Assembly: GCA_943787795.1 (NCBI GenBank)
Contig: CALSNU010000001.1
Location: 672,001-736,000, forward strand
Direction: 5' to 3'
From: an uncultured bacterium
Lineage (GTDB): Bacteria > Planctomycetota > UBA1135 > GCA-002686595
DNA: 64,000 nucleotides
In this document: positions 8,687-19,104 of the stretch, piece after piece
Layout of the letters: every line of letters starts with the position of its first letter
How positions within the stretch are numbered: position 1 is the first letter of the stretch
The notes under the pieces: model-generated
The model's database searches: none
Told to the model about the DNA's origin: nothing
What the model saw: only the letters and a program-made list of their open reading frames with translations
Translations under genes and position numbers: made by a program

Positions 8687-11600
8687 ATGTCCGCTTCGCT
8701 CGCGCTCGTCTCGGTCGCTGTGGGCGCCCTCGCCGCGGCGGCGTCGACGCCGCAGGAGGCCCCGTCCAGGGCCGTCGAGAGAGAGATGGCCATGCGCGCC
8801 GCCGCGCCGGAGTTGGCCCGTCTCGCAGCGACCCCGCAAGCGGAGGGGAGCGCCGTGACGGAGGCCCTGTTGCTGGAGCTTCTCGGGGAGGCGATTGATC
8901 CCGGGGCGCCCGCGTGGGTGAAGGAGATCACGGCGTTCGACGCGGCGGCCCGTGCGGGCGTGTTGCTGGCTGACGGCTGGCCCTTGGACCCTGCGAGCCA
9001 GCGGCCTGAAGTCTGGGCCGCTCGGCTACGCATCCTTGAGGCACGCGGCGACGGTGCAAGCGGCGCCGGTGCAAGCGGCGACGGTGCAGCCCTCGCCGAG
9101 GCGGTCTCGTCAGCTCTTGCTGCGCCCTTCTACGCGGTCCGGCTCGCTGCTCTGGAGCGTCTCGCGCGGGCGCTCATCTCCAACCCCGAGATCGTCCCGT
9201 ACCTCCCGGCGGTCGCTGACGCGAAGGGCCTCTCGAAGGAGACGTGTCGTACGCTCAGCGACGCGCTCGCGCGGGGTGGCGCCCGGTCCGCGGGACTCGC
9301 CGAGAGCGCGCTCGCGGCCCGGACAAGGGCGCTTGGTGGAGATCAGTCGCGGGCTCTTGAGGAGCTGTTCGATCTCTGGATCGACCGCCCGATCGGTGCC
9401 GACGCGATTCGAGTTCTCCGCGGGCGCTTTCCGCTCGGAGAGGTCGGTCGCGGGCTGGTCGAGGCTCTGGCGCTCGTGGCTGACGGACAAGGAGAGGCGC
9501 TCCTCGGGCCAGATCTGGACCTCGTCCTCACGGCGCTCGATGGACCCGTGCCGGGGTCCCAATCCGAATGGTCGCTGGACGAATGGGACCTGGACGAGCG
9601 CTCCGAAAGGGTGGTCCGCCGCTCGGGCTCGGCGGCCCTGGGTCGAGCCATGCGCGATCGATCTGCGAACGAGAGGCTCTCGCCCCGCAGTCGTCTCAGG
9701 TGCGTCCAAGGGGCGGCATGGGCCCTGCCGCTCGGGGAACTCCTGCGGTGGGCGAGGGAGCTCGATGAGCCGGCGGCGCTGGAGGTGTGGCGCGTGATCA
9801 CGGATCGACGTGAGCCACTGCCCGCCTATGAGGTGGGGCCCTGGCTCGCCGATCCGCGGGATGAGGTCCGCGAGGCCGCCGCGCGTGAGGTGGGGCGTCG
9901 GCTGACCCTAGGTGGGGAGCTGCAGCTGCTGGGCCTGGCCGAACAGCTGCTCGAGGATCCCCGGCCCGAGGTCCGCAGCCTCGCCTTCTCCTGGCTCTGC
10001 GAGGCCGCTACCCGTCCGGCAGTGTGGTCGGCGCTGCGCGCCGCGTTCGACCGCGAGGGCGAGCTTGCGGCGTCCAGGGGGCGCCTGACCGAGCGTCAAG
10101 CTCGCTGGCTTGCGCAGCTCCCACGCGGAGTGCGGATCCCGGCCTTTCGGGACCTGCTGATGGAGCTCGTGGGTCACGCGGGGCAGCGGAACTCCGCGGT
10201 GGTGGAGCTCCTCGCGCCCTTTGTGGGCGACGCGGACGTGGCCGTTCTGCTGCGGCGGGCTCTGAGCGAGGAGCTCGCCGGGGTGGAGGCCGCGCCGGTC
10301 TATCCTGATCGCCTCATGTCCGATGGGAGAGCCGCGGCGATCGCAACCTCCCTTGCGGCCGTGGAGGGGGAGGTCGCCACGGGACTGCTGGTGGATGGGC
10401 TCCGCCGGACCATGTGGCTGATGCACGGTCCAGACGCCAGGGAGGACGCGCGCCCCCAGCTCCCAAAGGTGACATGCGGACTGCTGCAGCGCAGCGTCGC
10501 GGGCCGCAGGGCCCTGGCCGAGTTTCTCGGCGAGGGTGTCCCGGTCCGCGTGGGCTACGAGGCAGCCCTACAGCTCGCCAAGGGTCGAGACCTTGCGCCC
10601 GAGATCGCCCTGGAGGCGGCCCAGAGGATCACCGCCGACTACGAGCGAGTGGACGGCACGCTCCGCGCCCGAGGACTCGAGGCGCTGGGTCGCCTTCGGT
10701 GTCCGGAGAGCCAAGGCGTGGAGCGGTTCCTGGGGCGCCTCGCTGCACCCGGTGGCGACCCGGCGGAGCGTGAGATGGCGATCGCGGTCATGGGGCGATG
10801 GTCCATGGGATCATCGCTCGCGGACCTCGCCAGGAAGCCACTCGGTCAACGCGTCCCCGACCTCATGGATGTCGAGGCCGCTGTTGCCGCCGCGAGAGCG
10901 CTCGCGGATCCCGCGCTCGAGCCGCGGGCTACCCTGGCAGGGCTTCTCGACCTCGTGGAATCGGTCGACGCACGCCGTGTGCTGCCTGGGGTCCCGGACC
11001 TCGAGCGCGAGGCGCTCGGGCAGCTCCGGGGGGCGGCGTTGATCAGCGCTGCGACCGTGGCGGCCCGTGATCGAGCGCTCGGGTCGGGCCGTCCCGTGCC
11101 CAGCTGGGAACGACTGGCCGCCGCCGTCACGCGTCGCCCGATCGAAGAGGGGCCGTCGGACATCGCGCGGAGATTCCGCGGGGACGAGCTCGGGGCGGTG
11201 CGCTTCCGCTGGAGCGCAGAGGTGGGGGCCGTTGAGGCCCTCCCCGCGCTCGCCAGGGAGTTCCTCGCCGAAGGACCCACGCCCACGGCGAGGGACGGAA
11301 TCGACGGGCGGCTGCTGGTCATGATGGGCGAGCTCTCGCGCAGGACGGGCAAGGGGGGCGTCGAGGCGCAGCGGCTCCTCGAGCGCGGCCTCTTCGCCAT
11401 GGCCGGGGAGCCCCGGACTCGCCCCGCCTCCAGGGACCTGACCTTCGGCCGGGCCGCGCTGGGGCGAGCGATCCTCGACGACTTTGGTTCAGGGCCTGGG
11501 CCGGCGGCCGGAGACAAGGTGGACGCGGTGCGCTGGGAGCGTGCCGCCCTGCAGGCGACTCTGCTGCTCCTGGACTGGCGGCGCGGCCGGATCGGGCGCG

Positions 11601-11833
11601 CGGTCCTTGAGGCGGAATTCGGGGTGGCGGATGCCGCCGAGCGATGCCATCCGGAGGCGCGGCTGGCCGTGCTCGGCAGCGTGTTCCGGGGCCGGGCGGC
11701 CCTGGCTCGCGGCGAAGGAGCGGACGTGGCTCGCCGATGGGCGGATCAGGCCCGGGACTGGGCGCCCATGGACCAGCTCGGGGCGGAAGCCTTGGCGGCG
11801 CTGGACAGGGCGATTCGGTTGCGGCAGCGTTGA
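8687..11833 (+). CDS. Large exported helical-repeat (HEAT/ARM-like) protein
   Basis: 1048-aa ORF with a signal-peptide-like start. HEAT-like segments LADPRDEVREAAAREVG and LLEDPRPEVRSLAF. Confidence 0.6.
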   Translation: MSASLALVSVAVGALAAAASTPQEAPSRAVEREMAMRAAAPELARLAATPQAEGSAVTEALLLELLGEAIDPGAPAWVKEITAFDAAARAGVLLADGWPLDPASQRPEVWAARLRILEARGDGASGAGASGDGAALAEAVSSALAAPFYAVRLAALERLARALISNPEIVPYLPAVADAKGLSKETCRTLSDALARGGARSAGLAESALAARTRALGGDQSRALEELFDLWIDRPIGADAIRVLRGRFPLGEVGRGLVEALALVADGQGEALLGPDLDLVLTALDGPVPGSQSEWSLDEWDLDERSERVVRRSGSAALGRAMRDRSANERLSPRSRLRCVQGAAWALPLGELLRWARELDEPAALEVWRVITDRREPLPAYEVGPWLADPRDEVREAAAREVGRRLTLGGELQLLGLAEQLLEDPRPEVRSLAFSWLCEAATRPAVWSALRAAFDREGELAASRGRLTERQARWLAQLPRGVRIPAFRDLLMELVGHAGQRNSAVVELLAPFVGDADVAVLLRRALSEELAGVEAAPVYPDRLMSDGRAAAIATSLAAVEGEVATGLLVDGLRRTMWLMHGPDAREDARPQLPKVTCGLLQRSVAGRRALAEFLGEGVPVRVGYEAALQLAKGRDLAPEIALEAAQRITADYERVDGTLRARGLEALGRLRCPESQGVERFLGRLAAPGGDPAEREMAIAVMGRWSMGSSLADLARKPLGQRVPDLMDVEAAVAAARALADPALEPRATLAGLLDLVESVDARRVLPGVPDLEREALGQLRGAALISAATVAARDRALGSGRPVPSWERLAAAVTRRPIEEGPSDIARRFRGDELGAVRFRWSAEVGAVEALPALAREFLAEGPTPTARDGIDGRLLVMMGELSRRTGKGGVEAQRLLERGLFAMAGEPRTRPASRDLTFGRAALGRAILDDFGSGPGPAAGDKVDAVRWERAALQATLLLLDWRRGRIGRAVLEAEFGVADAAERCHPEARLAVLGSVFRGRAALARGEGADVARRWADQARDWAPMDQLGAEALAALDRAIRLRQR

Positions 11834-11886
11834 GGCTGCGGTGGGACGCCCCCCCGCGCAAACCCTCGAAACCCAGGTCAATCGAC

Positions 11887-12345
11887 ATGGCCCACCTGCT
11901 CCGAACCACCCTCCTGCTCGCGATCTCCTCGCTCTCCTTCACGTCCCTTCCGGGCTGCGCCGGAACAGGGGACGGACCTCCGCCCATTGAGGCCTCCGAG
12001 GCGGCCTTGATTGGAGAGTGGCAGGTGGAGGAGCTCGACGGGCAGCCTCTGGTGGCCTCCTCGGAGGTCGCCCTGACGTTCGGCTTGGAGGGCGCTTTCA
12101 CCGGAGACTCCGGTGTGAACCGACTCCGCGCCAGCTACTCGTTCGAGGGAGGCACCCTTCAAGTCTCCGAGGTCATGGCCACGCGTATGGCTGGCCCGCC
12201 GGAGCTCATGGAGCAGGAGGCCCGTCTGATGTCGGCGCTCGCGCAGGCGCGGGGAGTCGAGGTCAGCGGCGACCACCGGCTCCGCCTCCTCGACGCCGAG
12301 GGCGAGGTGCTCGCCGTCGCCCGGGCGGGACCTGCGCCGCGATGA
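11887..12345 (+). CDS. META domain (HslJ-like) lipoprotein
   Basis: Lipobox-like LPGC; LIGEWQVEEL, GDSGVN, ATRMAGPPELMEQE. Confidence 0.88.
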   Translation: MAHLLRTTLLLAISSLSFTSLPGCAGTGDGPPPIEASEAALIGEWQVEELDGQPLVASSEVALTFGLEGAFTGDSGVNRLRASYSFEGGTLQVSEVMATRMAGPPELMEQEARLMSALAQARGVEVSGDHRLRLLDAEGEVLAVARAGPAPR

Positions 12346-13239
12346 TCAGGGCGCCGGCTGCTCGCCCTCGAGGACCTCGTTCAGGAACTCCTTCACCTGG
12401 GTCGTCGGCACCGCGAAGCTGATGCCGTTGGCCTCGATGTAGCCGGCGGTGTTCACGCCGACGCAGGCGCCGGTCAGGCTGATGAGGGGGCCGCCGGATG
12501 AACCGGGGTTGATGGCCGTGTCCATCTGGATGAAGGAGATCTCGCGGCCCTCCTCCGGTTTCACGCCGGAGAGGTGGCGTCCGGTCTGACTGATGATGCC
12601 CAAGGTGACTGTGTGGCCGAGGCCGAGGGGGTTGCCGACCGCCACCGCCCAGCTGCCCACCGGGGCCTTGCGGGAGTCGCCCAGCGGGATCACCGGGAAG
12701 GGGCCCGGCGTCCCGACAATCTTGAGCAGCGCGAGGTCAAAGACCGGGTCGACGGCGAGGACCTCCAGGTCCAGCTCCTGGCCCGTGGCGCTGAGGGCCC
12801 AGTGGTCCGACGCGCCGCGGATCACGTGGGCGTTGGTCAGGACGTAGCCGTCCTCATGGATGATGAAGCCCGATCCCAGTCCGGCCCCGGGCAGCGAGAC
12901 GGGGATCCCGAGGCCGGGGATGTTGAAGGGGAGCAGGCGGACGCGGGCCGCCTGCTTGGTCTTGAAGTAGATGCTCAGCACAGCGGGGCGGGCCTTCGCC
13001 GCGACCCTCTCCACCGCGCGGACGTCCATCCTCCCGCTCGCCCGGGTCCTGGCGGCCTCGGTGGCGATGGTGTTCATGGACGCCCCGCGGAGCTTGCGGG
13101 CCCCGCGGAAGAACTCCACGGGGGCGTCCGGAGCGATTGTCGGCTCCTTGTCCATGGTGACGCACCCTGGCCCGAGGGCCGTGGCCAGGAGGGTGACGAG
13201 GACGAGGAAGCGGCCGGGACGAGGGGGCTGAGTGGACAT
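12346..13239 (-). CDS. S1C trypsin-like serine protease (HtrA-like, no PDZ domain), probable lipoprotein
   Basis: GSGFII, TNAHV, DLALLK and AINPGSSGGP catalytic motifs; leader ends LGPGC. Confidence 0.9.
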   Translation of the reverse strand: MSTQPPRPGRFLVLVTLLATALGPGCVTMDKEPTIAPDAPVEFFRGARKLRGASMNTIATEAARTRASGRMDVRAVERVAAKARPAVLSIYFKTKQAARVRLLPFNIPGLGIPVSLPGAGLGSGFIIHEDGYVLTNAHVIRGASDHWALSATGQELDLEVLAVDPVFDLALLKIVGTPGPFPVIPLGDSRKAPVGSWAVAVGNPLGLGHTVTLGIISQTGRHLSGVKPEEGREISFIQMDTAINPGSSGGPLISLTGACVGVNTAGYIEANGISFAVPTTQVKEFLNEVLEGEQPAP

Positions 13240-13342
13240 GGAGCGGACTCTAGCTCGCGGCTCGGGGGATGCAACGTGGGGGCCGGCCGCTTCCGACCAG
13301 TTCCGCGAGGAGCCTCGGCGCTCAAGCCTTAGGATGGGGGAC

Positions 13343-14128
13343 ATGGCCATCACCGCACTCGACCGTCCTGAAGGCGCGATCGATGCGCTCGGGGACGGGA
13401 TCGGCTTCGTCGCACTGGTGGACCGGATGGAGCAGGACCCTGCTCTCAAGGTCGTCAACAGCGCGCGAATCTCGTACGACAAGCAGAAGGAAGGGTTCGA
13501 GGAGAAGGACCGCAAGCTTTGCTCCTTCCTCTGGGAACACGGCCACACGTCGCCGTTCCGACACTCCTTCTTCACCTTCCACTGGAAGGCGCCCCTGTTC
13601 GTCTTCCGCCAGGCCTTCAAGTACCAGGTCGGGAGCGGCTGGAGGACCTACGAGGTCGACGGCGCCGAGGTCTCCTTGGAGGTGTTCGACGTCATGTTCG
13701 ACACCGACAAAGGCTGCTCGTGGAACGAGGTCTCCGGCCGCTACGTGCGCTGGACCCCCGAGTTCTATGTGCCCACTGTGATGCGGGCGAACCCGCCCCA
13801 CGGCAACAAGCAGGCGTCCTTCGACCTGCCCGAGGACTTCGACCACGCCGGGGAGCGCAAGCTGATGCTCGATGAGTGTGAGGACGCGTTCAAGCGCTAC
13901 GAGGCCCGCATTGAGCGCGGCGTCGCGAAGGAGATCGCGCGGATGATCCTGCCCCAGAGCCTGTACACCCAGGCCTACTGGACGGTCTCGCTCCAGGGCG
14001 TCCTGCACTTTCTCCAGCAGCGCCTGAAGCCCGACGCGCAGTACGAGATTCGCGTCTTCGCAGAGGCGGTCCGCGATCTGGTAAAGGACGACCTCGCTCG
14101 GGTCGGCGTGACCTTCGAGGACGCATGA
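13343..14128 (+). CDS. thyX: FAD-dependent thymidylate synthase ThyX
   Basis: VVNSARISY, GHTSPF, NEVSGRY, GVAKEIARMILP and AQYEIR motifs. Confidence 0.9.
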   Translation: MAITALDRPEGAIDALGDGIGFVALVDRMEQDPALKVVNSARISYDKQKEGFEEKDRKLCSFLWEHGHTSPFRHSFFTFHWKAPLFVFRQAFKYQVGSGWRTYEVDGAEVSLEVFDVMFDTDKGCSWNEVSGRYVRWTPEFYVPTVMRANPPHGNKQASFDLPEDFDHAGERKLMLDECEDAFKRYEARIERGVAKEIARMILPQSLYTQAYWTVSLQGVLHFLQQRLKPDAQYEIRVFAEAVRDLVKDDLARVGVTFEDA

Positions 14129-14646
14129 TCGGTGACTATCGCATCCGCAGGCTCGTGCCAGCGGATGCTGCGGAGTACGTGGAGCTACGCCGGGACATGT
14201 TGGCGGATACCCCCGTCGCCTTCCTCGGGGACCTGGTGGACGACGAGTGTCTGGACCTTGAGGTCATGGAGGCCCGCCTACGGTCGGACGAGAGCCCGCT
14301 GTTCTGTGCGGAGAACGACGACGGGGAGCTCTGCGCCGTGGCGGGCTTCTATCGGGATCGCCGCGCGAAGATGCGTCACCGCGGGACCCTCTGGGGGGTC
14401 TACACACGTCCGTCGTGCCGGCGCCGCGGACTCTCCCGCAAGATCATCGAAGTCGCCATCGCCCACGCTGCGAGCGCAGAGGGGCTCGACGTGATCCAGC
14501 TCTCGGTCTCCGCAGAGGCGCCCGGTGCGCAGGCCCTCTACGAGTCCCTCGGCTTCACCGCCTGGGGCCGTGAGCCCCGGGCAGTGATGGTGGACGGCCG
14601 ACAGGTGGACGAGATCCACATGTGGCGCGCCGCAAGCGAGGCCTAG
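14125..14646 (+). CDS. GNAT family N-acetyltransferase
   Basis: LWGVYTRPSCRRRGLS acetyl-CoA motif and ALYESLGF; ATGA overlap with thyX. Confidence 0.9.
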   Translation: MIGDYRIRRLVPADAAEYVELRRDMLADTPVAFLGDLVDDECLDLEVMEARLRSDESPLFCAENDDGELCAVAGFYRDRRAKMRHRGTLWGVYTRPSCRRRGLSRKIIEVAIAHAASAEGLDVIQLSVSAEAPGAQALYESLGFTAWGREPRAVMVDGRQVDEIHMWRAASEA

Positions 14647-16472
14647 TCTCGGCCCAGCGCCTTCTTGAGGGCGGCCTCGCCGCCGACGACAGGGAGCCCG
14701 ATGCTCGTTCCCGCGAGATCGACGGAGAGCTTGGTCCCGGCCTTGGGCTGGAGCGTGAACTCCGGGTCGCTGGCGAAGATCATCAGGCCAAGCTGCTCGC
14801 CCGCAGGCACGATCTGGTCATCGGGCATGAGCCGAAAGGCGAGGTCCACGTACTCGCCGGGGACGAGCGGGGAGCTCTCGGTCATTGAGTTGCGGTTCTG
14901 GGGGTCCGCCCAGCCGCGTGAGATGATGTTGTCGTTGATCGTCGCGCCCTCCTCGAAGGGGAGGGAGACGAGCCAGACCGAGAGGTTCGTGGCGGGCTTG
15001 TTGCAGGCCACGCGCAGCTTCATCTCGTAGTGCCCGGAGAGGTGCAGGGGAGCGACCAGCTTCGGGGAGGCGAACAGGAGCCTCGCCTTGGAGGAACTCG
15101 CCTGTGCGTGCTCGGCTCCAGAGGTCGCGGGGGCGTCGGTCAGCGGCTGCTCACCAGTCGACGCCGTCATCGCGAGCGTACCGACGCGCGCGCCCTTGCC
15201 CGAGGGGAAGAGGTCCACGAGGGACGCCTCGGGGTTGGGGTAGTCGGCGTACGGCGTCGGCTCGCTGCGCTTGTCGGACTCGCGCACGATCCAGGCGCGG
15301 GGTTGAGCCTCGATCTCGTTGTCGATGTCGTAGAGGTAGCGGGTGAACCACTGGTTCACGAGCCAGAAGGGCGGGTCGCCCCCGTGCCCTCCCTGGTGGA
15401 AGTAGCACATGACCGGCACGCCCTTCTCCTTGAGGGCCTCATAGATGCGGACGCTGTGCTCCGGCATCACGTTCCAGTCGTTGAACGCGTGAGCCATCAG
15501 GACGGCGGAGCGCACGCCGTCGATGTCGTTCAGGTAGTCCCGCCCTGCCCAGAAGTCGTTGTAGTCGCCCGTGACTCGATCGAGGTACTTCTCGAGCTCG
15601 TCCTCTCGGATGTTCTCGTTACACCAGTCTCGCCGGGTCGGGTCGCCGCTGTGCACGAAGTCGTAGAGGACGTCGATGTCCTCGCCCATGTATCCGCCCG
15701 GGTGGCGGACCAGGCCATTGGAGCGGTAGTAGTGGTAGTACGAGGTGTTGGGCGCGACCGGGATGATGGCCTCGAGGCCCTCGACTCCCGTCGTGGCCGC
15801 GGCGAGGGGGAGGGTCCCGTTGAAGGACGTCCCGATCATCCCGACCTTGCCTGTGCACCAGGTCGCCTCCACAGGCTCGCCGCCGGTCGCAGCGGTGAAG
15901 CCGCGGGCGCGCCCGTTGAGCCAGTCGATGACCGCCTTCGGGGCGAGGGACTCGTTGTCCGCGCCAATGGTGGGGCAGCCCTGGCTGTAGCCGGTGCCAG
16001 GCGAGGCCGAGTGCACCACGGCGAAGCCGCGCGGCACGAACTGGCGGATGTAGCGGGTGGAGTTGAGCGCGCGGAAGTCCTTGCGCTCGATCTCCGGCGG
16101 GTGCGGTCGCTCCGGCGGCTTGGCGCCGACCTCGTGGTCGGGATTCCAGAAGAACTCCTCACTCGTACCGCTCGTGCCCCAGAAGTAGGGGCTTGTGTTG
16201 TAGATGACCGGGACCTTGAGGCCTTCGGACATGCACTGGCCCGGGACCGTGACGTCCACATGCATTCGGTCCTTCATCCCGTCGCCATCGGAGTCGAACT
16301 CGGTCTCCACCCAGAGGTGGAATTGCTCCCAGTTCTTGCGGTCCTTGAAGGCCTCAACCACCTGAGCTTCACCGTTCTCGAAGCGAGGCTTTGCGCCGTC
16401 CTGGCCAACAGCAAGGGAGCCGGTGAGGGCGAAGAGTGCGACGGGAGCGAGGGACCGGAGGGGAGTTTGCAT
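14643..16472 (-). CDS. pepX: Xaa-Pro dipeptidyl-peptidase (S15, PepX/CocE-NonD family), exported
   Basis: DSDGDG...D, KAVIDWLNGRA, GMIGTSFNG nucleophile motif, NDWNV, HQGGH; signal peptide. Confidence 0.88.
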   Translation of the reverse strand: MQTPLRSLAPVALFALTGSLAVGQDGAKPRFENGEAQVVEAFKDRKNWEQFHLWVETEFDSDGDGMKDRMHVDVTVPGQCMSEGLKVPVIYNTSPYFWGTSGTSEEFFWNPDHEVGAKPPERPHPPEIERKDFRALNSTRYIRQFVPRGFAVVHSASPGTGYSQGCPTIGADNESLAPKAVIDWLNGRARGFTAATGGEPVEATWCTGKVGMIGTSFNGTLPLAAATTGVEGLEAIIPVAPNTSYYHYYRSNGLVRHPGGYMGEDIDVLYDFVHSGDPTRRDWCNENIREDELEKYLDRVTGDYNDFWAGRDYLNDIDGVRSAVLMAHAFNDWNVMPEHSVRIYEALKEKGVPVMCYFHQGGHGGDPPFWLVNQWFTRYLYDIDNEIEAQPRAWIVRESDKRSEPTPYADYPNPEASLVDLFPSGKGARVGTLAMTASTGEQPLTDAPATSGAEHAQASSSKARLLFASPKLVAPLHLSGHYEMKLRVACNKPATNLSVWLVSLPFEEGATINDNIISRGWADPQNRNSMTESSPLVPGEYVDLAFRLMPDDQIVPAGEQLGLMIFASDPEFTLQPKAGTKLSVDLAGTSIGLPVVGGEAALKKALGRD

Positions 16473-16555
16473 GGGGGGCTAGCGGGCTGGGGGCGGGTCA
16501 GCGATTGGTCGATTGACCGAGCATACGTCGCGATCGGTGACCGAGTGAGCGGGGC

Positions 16556-17983
16556 TCAGAGGATCGGAGCGAACAGCCGGGCGAACCGGGCCACGAGTCT
16601 GAAGTGGAGGGGTTGGCGGCCGAAGTCACCGACCTGCACCTCCTCTGAGCGGGCGAGGTCATCGGTGAGCATGGCGTTGACCTCGGCGGCGAACTGCTCG
16701 CTCTCTACGAGGGCCCCGAGTTCGAAGTTGAGCCGCATGGAGCGGTTGTCAAGGTTGGCGCTCCCAACCAGGGAGAGGTCGGAGTCCACCAGGACGACCT
16801 TCTGGTGGCAGAAGCCCGCGGTGTACCGAAAGATCCGACAGCCGCTCTCCAGGACCTCGTCGAAGAAGCTCCACCCCGCGAAGTGGGTCGCCGCGTGGTC
16901 CCCGGTGGAAGGGAGCAGGATGCGGACATCGACGCCGCGCAGCGCAGCGAGCTGCAGAGCCGAGGTGATCTGCTGGTCGAAGACGAAGTAGGGGGTCGCG
17001 ATCCAGAGCCGTTCCTGCGCGCGGTGGATTAGGCCGACGAAGAGCAGGCTGCAGGACTCCATGGAATCTGCGGGCCCTGTGGGGACGACCAGTACGGACT
17101 GGTCATGGCCAGCGGGGTCCGCCTCGGGGGCCCACGACCAGTCCGGGAGATCGTCGGTGGCCCAGTGCCAATCCTCGAGGAAGGACAGCTGGATGCCCTG
17201 TGCCGCGGGTCCCGAGATTCGAATGAAGGTGTCGCGCCAGGGAGAGAGGTCGGGGTCGGCGCCCAGGTATTCATCGCCGACGTTCAGGCCTCCGGTGAAG
17301 GCCACCCGGCCGTCCACCACCACGGCCTTGCGGTGATTTCGGAAGTTGAGCTGGAGCCGGTGGCTCCTTCCCGCGGTGGCGAACGCATTGATCTCCGCGC
17401 CAGCACGCCGTAGCCGCATGATGAAGGCGGACTTGAGGGTCGCCGAGCCGATCCCGTCGAACAAGAAGTAGACCTTCACGCCCCGTTCGAGCGCGGCCTT
17501 CAACGCGGCCTCAAGCCGCTGTCCGACCCCGTCATCTCGGACGATGTAGAACTGGACCAGCACGTAGCGGCCGGCCTCCTCGATCTCCTCGATGATCGCC
17601 TCGAACGTCCGGGCGCCGTCCACCAGCAGCTCGACACGGTTGTGGCTCAGGAACGGGAGGCGGACCAGGCGCTCGAGCGCGACGAGGAGAGCCGGGCGTT
17701 CAGGCGCGTCGACGAAGTAGCGCTCTCCGGAGTCTCTCAGGACATCGACCACTGGATCGAAGACGACGTTCCCCTCGAGGCGCGCGCCTCGGTAGCCCTC
17801 GTACCGCCGAGGGCCGAAGATCCAGTAGAGCGGCACCGCGAGGGGCGGAACCGTGATCAGGAAGAACAGCCACGCCACCGCGCCCTGCGGGGTGCGGCCC
17901 TGCAGCAGGACGTGAACCGCCGAGGCGATTCCGATCAATTCCACCAGGAGGTAGAGCAGGCCAGCGAGGGTCCAGTCGAACAT
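16556..17983 (-). CDS. cls: Cardiolipin synthase
   Basis: Two N-terminal TM helices and two HKD motifs (RNHRKAVVVDG, HQKVVLVD...GSANLDNRS). Confidence 0.95.
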   Translation of the reverse strand: MFDWTLAGLLYLLVELIGIASAVHVLLQGRTPQGAVAWLFFLITVPPLAVPLYWIFGPRRYEGYRGARLEGNVVFDPVVDVLRDSGERYFVDAPERPALLVALERLVRLPFLSHNRVELLVDGARTFEAIIEEIEEAGRYVLVQFYIVRDDGVGQRLEAALKAALERGVKVYFLFDGIGSATLKSAFIMRLRRAGAEINAFATAGRSHRLQLNFRNHRKAVVVDGRVAFTGGLNVGDEYLGADPDLSPWRDTFIRISGPAAQGIQLSFLEDWHWATDDLPDWSWAPEADPAGHDQSVLVVPTGPADSMESCSLLFVGLIHRAQERLWIATPYFVFDQQITSALQLAALRGVDVRILLPSTGDHAATHFAGWSFFDEVLESGCRIFRYTAGFCHQKVVLVDSDLSLVGSANLDNRSMRLNFELGALVESEQFAAEVNAMLTDDLARSEEVQVGDFGRQPLHFRLVARFARLFAPIL

Positions 17984-18129
17984 GGATCGGGGCGATTCCT
18001 CCCCAGGCAGCGTAACTTCGACCGGCCCTCGGCCCAGAGGATTCGCTGAACCCGCCCCGATGGACTACGTTTCGCCTGAGCGGCGACCGCCGCCGACCTC
18101 GACGACCACACTGCCCGCCTGCGAAGCCC

Positions 18130-19104
18130 ATGATCCACGCAATGAAGACCCCGGCTCTCGCCCTCTCCGCGTTCGCCGCCGCGTTCCTGACCTTGAACGA
18201 AGCCTCCTCCGGCGAGGGCGGGATCTACGCTTCCGCTCCACTGGGTGCGGGGCGCCAGGAGACGGAGACGGGGCCCTCCGGTCCACCGCGGCCGACCCAA
18301 GGCCCGGCCGGTACGAACGCTCAGGACTCGACGGAGGAGCAGGCCCAGCTGGTCAGCGCCTTTCGAGCGATGGGCATCCAGCTCTCGACGGAGGTGAAGG
18401 CGCTCGGCTTCAGCGCCAGGGTCGAGATCTTGAACGAGCTGCTCGAGTACCTGCTCTCCACCACCCAGGGCGCGACGCACGAGACCCTGTTCCTGACGGA
18501 CGTCAGCCCCGATGGCCTCACCGCGGCGATGCTCGCGCTCGGGGTGCCCCAGGGGTCCAACGTCAAGTACGTGGCGAAGGACCCGCCTCCGACTCGAGAG
18601 GAGGTGCGTAGCGGCGTTCGCACCCACGACGTGGTGCCGCCTTCGGGCGGGGAGACATACCTCTACGCCGCGTGGCGCGAAGCGGCGGGAGCCCGGGATC
18701 CGCAGACCGGCGAGTTCCCCTCGGAGACGCTGCACTTCCATCGCATGGAGGACCTGCTGCTGGACCTTGTCCGTGGGCGCTCCATGCGCAGGCATGCGTG
18801 GAGCTGGATCGGGTCTCGCATGATTCAGGACCCGGGCAGCGGCGGGGGCCAGGTGCTGGCGGCTACGGCCATGGGCAACCTCATCAACGTGGCCTTCTTC
18901 TCCCAGGGCGACACCCTCGTCACCGCGGCGCTCCCCGAGTGTGTCGTGCAGACCGGCTGGCGCCCGAACGTCTGGCTCCTCCCGGACACCGGGTCCGAGG
19001 TCCTCTTCATCATGTCCACCGTGGAGCTCGACGGGCTGCCCGGGGACCTGCGGGCCTCGGTGCCCTTCGTCCCTGAACCGGTGGGGGAGACGAGTCCGCG
19101 CTGA
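18130..19104 (+). CDS. Exported YdjY-like domain protein
   Basis: Signal peptide; LEYLL...G..HETLF...L.AAMLALG and W.WIGSR pattern recalled from YdjY-like proteins. Confidence 0.6.
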   Translation: MIHAMKTPALALSAFAAAFLTLNEASSGEGGIYASAPLGAGRQETETGPSGPPRPTQGPAGTNAQDSTEEQAQLVSAFRAMGIQLSTEVKALGFSARVEILNELLEYLLSTTQGATHETLFLTDVSPDGLTAAMLALGVPQGSNVKYVAKDPPPTREEVRSGVRTHDVVPPSGGETYLYAAWREAAGARDPQTGEFPSETLHFHRMEDLLLDLVRGRSMRRHAWSWIGSRMIQDPGSGGGQVLAATAMGNLINVAFFSQGDTLVTAALPECVVQTGWRPNVWLLPDTGSEVLFIMSTVELDGLPGDLRASVPFVPEPVGETSPR

